Below are positions 41,603 to 45,071 of a DNA stretch of 45,071 nucleotides, in pieces. Location: positions 1-45,071 of the forward strand of contig CAXNIC010000003.1 in NCBI GenBank assembly GCA_964201945.1, given 5' to 3'. Within the stretch, counting starts at the first letter, position 1, and the number at the start of each line of letters is the position of its first letter. Source of the DNA: Alphaproteobacteria bacterium. GTDB taxonomy: Bacteria > Pseudomonadota > Alphaproteobacteria > SHVZ01. The position numbers were made by a program, and so were the translations under genes. The notes beneath the pieces are model-generated. The model was given only the letters and a program-made list of their open reading frames with translations, had not been told where the DNA came from and did no database searches.

Positions 41603-41874
41603 CCCAGGCCGGCCCCAACCTGCAGGCGGACAACGACATCCGGGCGCTGGCCAGGATCGGCGATCGCCTCCATCGCGCGAGCGAGTACGTCGAGGACATC
41701 CGCTTCCTCAAGAACAAGCTCCAGGCCGTCTCCAGGCAGGTCGGCCCGCTCCAGCGCGTGGCCGACGCTGCCTTCGAGCTCGAGGAGGCGCTGGGCAAGT
41801 CGCCGATGGCGCGCGACGCCAGGCGAAAGCTCGTCGCCGCGATCCTTGCCCTGAAGGGCATCGAGCTCCCGTAA
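41599..41874 (+). CDS. Hypothetical protein
   Basis: ATGA overlap; MTQAGPNL..., 91 aa. Confidence 0.6.
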   Translation: MTQAGPNLQADNDIRALARIGDRLHRASEYVEDIRFLKNKLQAVSRQVGPLQRVADAAFELEEALGKSPMARDARRKLVAAILALKGIELP

Positions 41875-41921
41875 GGCGTCGGCCTGACCCGCCGGCGTCC
41901 TCCCTTCGACCAGGAGACACC

Positions 41922-42221
41922 ATGCAAGTCACCCTGTCCTTCAAGGACGGCCAGACCACGCTTGTCGACAGCGCCACCGGCGAGGACCTGACCAAGAAGT
42001 TCTCGCTCATCGGCATCAAGCTCGATCTCGATAGGGACGGTTGGTTCATGCCGACCATCAAGCTCGAGCTCGGCCTGCATCGGCGGAACATCGGCGACTC
42101 TCTGGCAATCGACGTCCCCGCGGCCTTCGTCACGCTGGATCCGGCTACCGGTAGCCTGAAGGCGGTGAAGCGGATCGAGTTCGCCGACGGCACCTTCGCC
42201 GACATCCCCCAGCCCATCTGA
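41922..42221 (+). CDS. Hypothetical protein
   Basis: AGGAG SD, 99 aa. Confidence 0.65.
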   Translation: MQVTLSFKDGQTTLVDSATGEDLTKKFSLIGIKLDLDRDGWFMPTIKLELGLHRRNIGDSLAIDVPAAFVTLDPATGSLKAVKRIEFADGTFADIPQPI

Positions 42222-42235
42222 CCGAGGAGGTCTCG

Positions 42236-42502
42236 ATGCGTTTCCAGCCCCGCGCGCAAGCCCGGCCGGCTCCGGCCGCGCCGACCATGTACGAGGTCCT
42301 CGCCAGGTTCGAGGCCCATGACCGCGAGTATCAGCGCGGCACGATGCACACCTTCGAGGAATGGCCGGAAGGCTCGCGCTGGGCGGAGATCGCCGCCCGG
42401 GAGAAGAGCGGCCACATCAAGCTCTACGCCGCGATCGCGGCCGGGGTCGCAGACGAGAGCCCGGCGACGACCGAGCCGCTCACCCCGCCCGAAGCCGAGT
42501 AA
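42236..42502 (+). CDS. Hypothetical protein
   Basis: GAGGAGG SD, 88 aa. Confidence 0.65.
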   Translation: MRFQPRAQARPAPAAPTMYEVLARFEAHDREYQRGTMHTFEEWPEGSRWAEIAAREKSGHIKLYAAIAAGVADESPATTEPLTPPEAE

Positions 42503-42637
42503 CCCAGACCACGGGGCGGGCAACCGCTCCGTTAGCGGCACCGACCGGCCGCGCACCGCCCAACCAGATCCGGGGCCATGGGCAAGCCCTGAACGCCGCG
42601 CCGTGAGGCGCCGCCCCCCTCTTGATGGAGCCCCCTC

Positions 42638-43876
42638 ATGCCGTTCAGCACTGGCGTCTTCAAGACGCTTGCCTACCGAGTCGAATCCGCCTGGGCGACC
42701 GCGCCGGGAACGGGTAGCGCATCGCTGCTCCGGCGCGTTCGCTCCGGCCTCGATCTCTCCAAGAACAGCTACTCCTCGAACGAAATCCGGGCCGATCAGC
42801 AGATCGCTGACATGCGGCACGGCACGCGCCGGGTCGAGGGCCCAATCGATGGCGAGCTCAGCCCCGGCACCTATGCCGACTTCATGGCCGGCATCCTGCG
42901 CAAGAACTGGGTGGCCGGCGTCACCACCGGCGCCCAGACGGACGTCACCGCGGCCGCCGGCCCGCCCGGCACCTTCACCACCGCCGGCGCCTTCAACTGG
43001 CTGACCCTCGGCTTCAAGATCGGCGACATCGTCCGCTGGACCGGCTGGGCGACCACCGGAACCGGCAACAACACCCGCAACTATCGCATCACCGCCCTGA
43101 CCGCCACGGTCATGACGGTCGGCACCGCGGCGACCGGTGCTGCGGCCCAGCCCGAGGTCGTCGGCGCCAAGGCCGCCGGCGACAGCGTCACCTGCACGGT
43201 CGTCGGCAAGAAGACGATGGTGCCCTCCACCGGCCACATCGAGAAGAGCTTCTGGATCGAGCACTGGTTCTCTGACATCAGCCAGTCCGAGCAGTTCAGC
43301 GGCTGCGAAGTGGCCACCATGGCCCTCAACCTGCCGCCGACGGGCATGTCGACGATCTCCATGTCCTTCATGGGCAAGGACAGGGTCACCGACACAGCTC
43401 AGTACTTCGTGTCGCCGGCGGCCGTCACCACCAGCGGCGTGCTGGCTGCGGTCAACGGCATCATCCGGGTGAACGGCGCGGATCTGGCCTACCTCACCGG
43501 CCTCAGCATGAACATCAACGGCAATCTCGGCGGTGCCGAGGTCGTCGGCTCGAATGTCACGCCGGCGCTGTTCCCGGGCCGAGTGCTGGTCTCGGGCCAG
43601 TTCACGGCGCTCTTCACCGATGCGACGATGCGCGACTACTTCACCAACGAGACCGAGATCTCGCTGATCGCGCAGATGACCACGTCGAGCGCGATCAACG
43701 CCGACTTCATCAACATCATCCTGCCTCGCATCAAGGTCGGGTCCGCCACCAAGGACGACCAGGAGCGGCAGATCAGCCAGTCCTTCTCGTTCCAGGCCCT
43801 GCTGAACACCTCGGGCGGCACCGGCACCACCGGCGACGCCTCCACGATCATCATCCAGGACAGCCTGGCGCCGTAA
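42638..43876 (+). CDS. Tail tube (major tail) protein
   Basis: SNEIR.D.Q..D.R.G...V.G.I.GEL; SFWIE..F.DI; V.G.F.A.F.D. Confidence 0.82.
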   Translation: MPFSTGVFKTLAYRVESAWATAPGTGSASLLRRVRSGLDLSKNSYSSNEIRADQQIADMRHGTRRVEGPIDGELSPGTYADFMAGILRKNWVAGVTTGAQTDVTAAAGPPGTFTTAGAFNWLTLGFKIGDIVRWTGWATTGTGNNTRNYRITALTATVMTVGTAATGAAAQPEVVGAKAAGDSVTCTVVGKKTMVPSTGHIEKSFWIEHWFSDISQSEQFSGCEVATMALNLPPTGMSTISMSFMGKDRVTDTAQYFVSPAAVTTSGVLAAVNGIIRVNGADLAYLTGLSMNINGNLGGAEVVGSNVTPALFPGRVLVSGQFTALFTDATMRDYFTNETEISLIAQMTTSSAINADFINIILPRIKVGSATKDDQERQISQSFSFQALLNTSGGTGTTGDASTIIIQDSLAP

Positions 43877-44043
43877 GCGCCGAGCCGTCCTTCCGAGATC
43901 CGGCGACCGACCAATCTGCCGGAGAAACTGGGGAAGCCCTGGAGAGATCCGGGGTGGACCCAGCATGCGCGCATGGGAAGGCGGGCGTTTGGTCGGCGCC
44001 CGTCTTCCACCCTTCCGACCAACCAGACCAAAGGATGCCGACC

Positions 44044-44463
44044 ATGCAGATTCAAGGACTCCAGAGCCTCGAGCTCGTCGACGAAGGCTTCAAGATGTTC
44101 GTCGAGAACCCGGACGGCTCGAAGGCCGTCGTCCCGGGCACCGCCGAGCAGCTCTTCGTCATGGTGCGCTCGGTCCACTCCGACGCCGCCAAGGCCGCTC
44201 GTGACCGCATCAAGAACGAGCGCCTGAAGAAGCTGAGCCGGGGCACGCCCGTCTCGCTCAACACCAAGGTGACCGATGAGGAGGAGCTCGACCAGCTTGT
44301 CGCCTGCACCGCCTCGTGGAACCTGCCGATCACCGAGAACGGCACCGAGGTCGTGTTCAGCGAGGAGCTCGTCCGGATGGTCTACGCCAACCGGACCTTC
44401 GCCAACCTGCGCACGCAGGTCGAGCGGGCTGCCAACCAGGACGCCAATTTTACGAAGGGCTGA
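44044..44463 (+). CDS. Tail assembly chaperone (G-like)
   Basis: Follows tail tube; AAGGA SD; ends ANFTKG. Confidence 0.7.
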   Translation: MQIQGLQSLELVDEGFKMFVENPDGSKAVVPGTAEQLFVMVRSVHSDAAKAARDRIKNERLKKLSRGTPVSLNTKVTDEEELDQLVACTASWNLPITENGTEVVFSEELVRMVYANRTFANLRTQVERAANQDANFTKG

Positions 44464-44942
44464 TCGGGGCGCTGGTCGCGCACGCGCGACACGGCTACAT
44501 CCTCGACCAGCCTGACGGCGAGACCGGCAAGAACAAGGACGGCCAGGCCCAGGGGGGCGTCGCGTCGATCCGGGAAACCCTCGAGCGTGCGCAGTCGCAA
44601 GGCATGGCGGCGATCGATGGCGTCCCGATCGACGAGATCCTGACGCCTCCCGATGAGCCGGTGATCGTCTCGTACCTGCTCAGGCTCTTCCAGGACATCG
44701 CCCTGACCAGAGGGGTGATCGCCGGCGGCATGATGGTCATGCCGGCGGCGCTCTCCCACCAGGAGATCCTGGCCTGGCAGATCAACACCCGCCGCCGCCT
44801 TGAGCCATGGGAGGTTCAGGCGATCGTCCGCCTCGACCTCGCATGGAGATCCGCGAACGGAAAGAAGCTCACCACCGATTCTATCGTCCGGGAGTTGCAG
44901 GACCTCGGATTCCTAGGGAAACCGCGGGATCCAGGCGCTTGA
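44452..44942 (+). CDS. Tail assembly chaperone T-part (probable -1 frameshift extension)
   Basis: -1 frame open across the G stop; LSHQEILAW...LEPWEV..I..LD. Confidence 0.6.
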
Positions 44943-45071
44943 CCAGCCCCGCCCGGACCTTGACAATGGCAACCAGCCACGCGAGCGCTCGGGACGATAG
45001 AATCGCCCGGGCGCTCTTTCCTTGTGAGGAGATGGCTTGATCTAGCCAGCCCAAGCCAGATTTAGCCATCG

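Noticed and set aside
21984-43966. Long minus-strand ORFs opposite the structural genes (e.g. 23186..25078, 41708..43966)
   Set aside because: Antisense shadows caused by GC-rich codon usage; no recognisable domains.
43877-44043. Structured intergenic region after the tail tube gene as a possible ncRNA
   Set aside because: GC-rich hairpins only; no recognisable motif and no hammerhead core.
1-45071. Integrase, reverse transcriptase, RNA ligase, tRNA or rRNA genes
   Set aside because: None recognised in this window; any enzyme that mobilises the cassettes would be outside it or among the unknown ORFs.

Overview
GC-rich tailed-phage or prophage segment, siphovirus-like; an alphaproteobacterial host is inferred from the gene families. 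It has two divergent halves meeting at an AT-rich control region (~20390-20670). The right half (+ strand) is a late/morphogenesis module: DUF6456-like protein, two TraR/DksA-like Zn fingers, metallopeptidase, TerS, TerL, portal, InPase-MuF fusion, a 1320-aa prohead-protease fusion, scaffold, major capsid, neck/tail completion genes, tail tube and tail chaperones. The left half (- strand, 1-20389) holds about 45 small accessory genes. Nearly every gene boundary between 21 and 18760 carries the same element on the coding strand: CGAAAC-hairpin-GUH-hairpin-CUGANGAG. This matches a circularly permuted (type II topology) hammerhead ribozyme core. I count 36 copies plus one variant. The element often supplies the stop codon of the upstream gene and the Shine-Dalgarno of the downstream gene. 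Near the start of the operon, two type III hammerhead-like folds flank a ~400-nt structured non-coding RNA. One array copy overlaps an intrinsic terminator, and one cassette encodes a 2H phosphoesterase. Catalytic activity is untested, and stem II is only ~1 bp in the array copies. Family names are from motif recognition by eye, not database searches.
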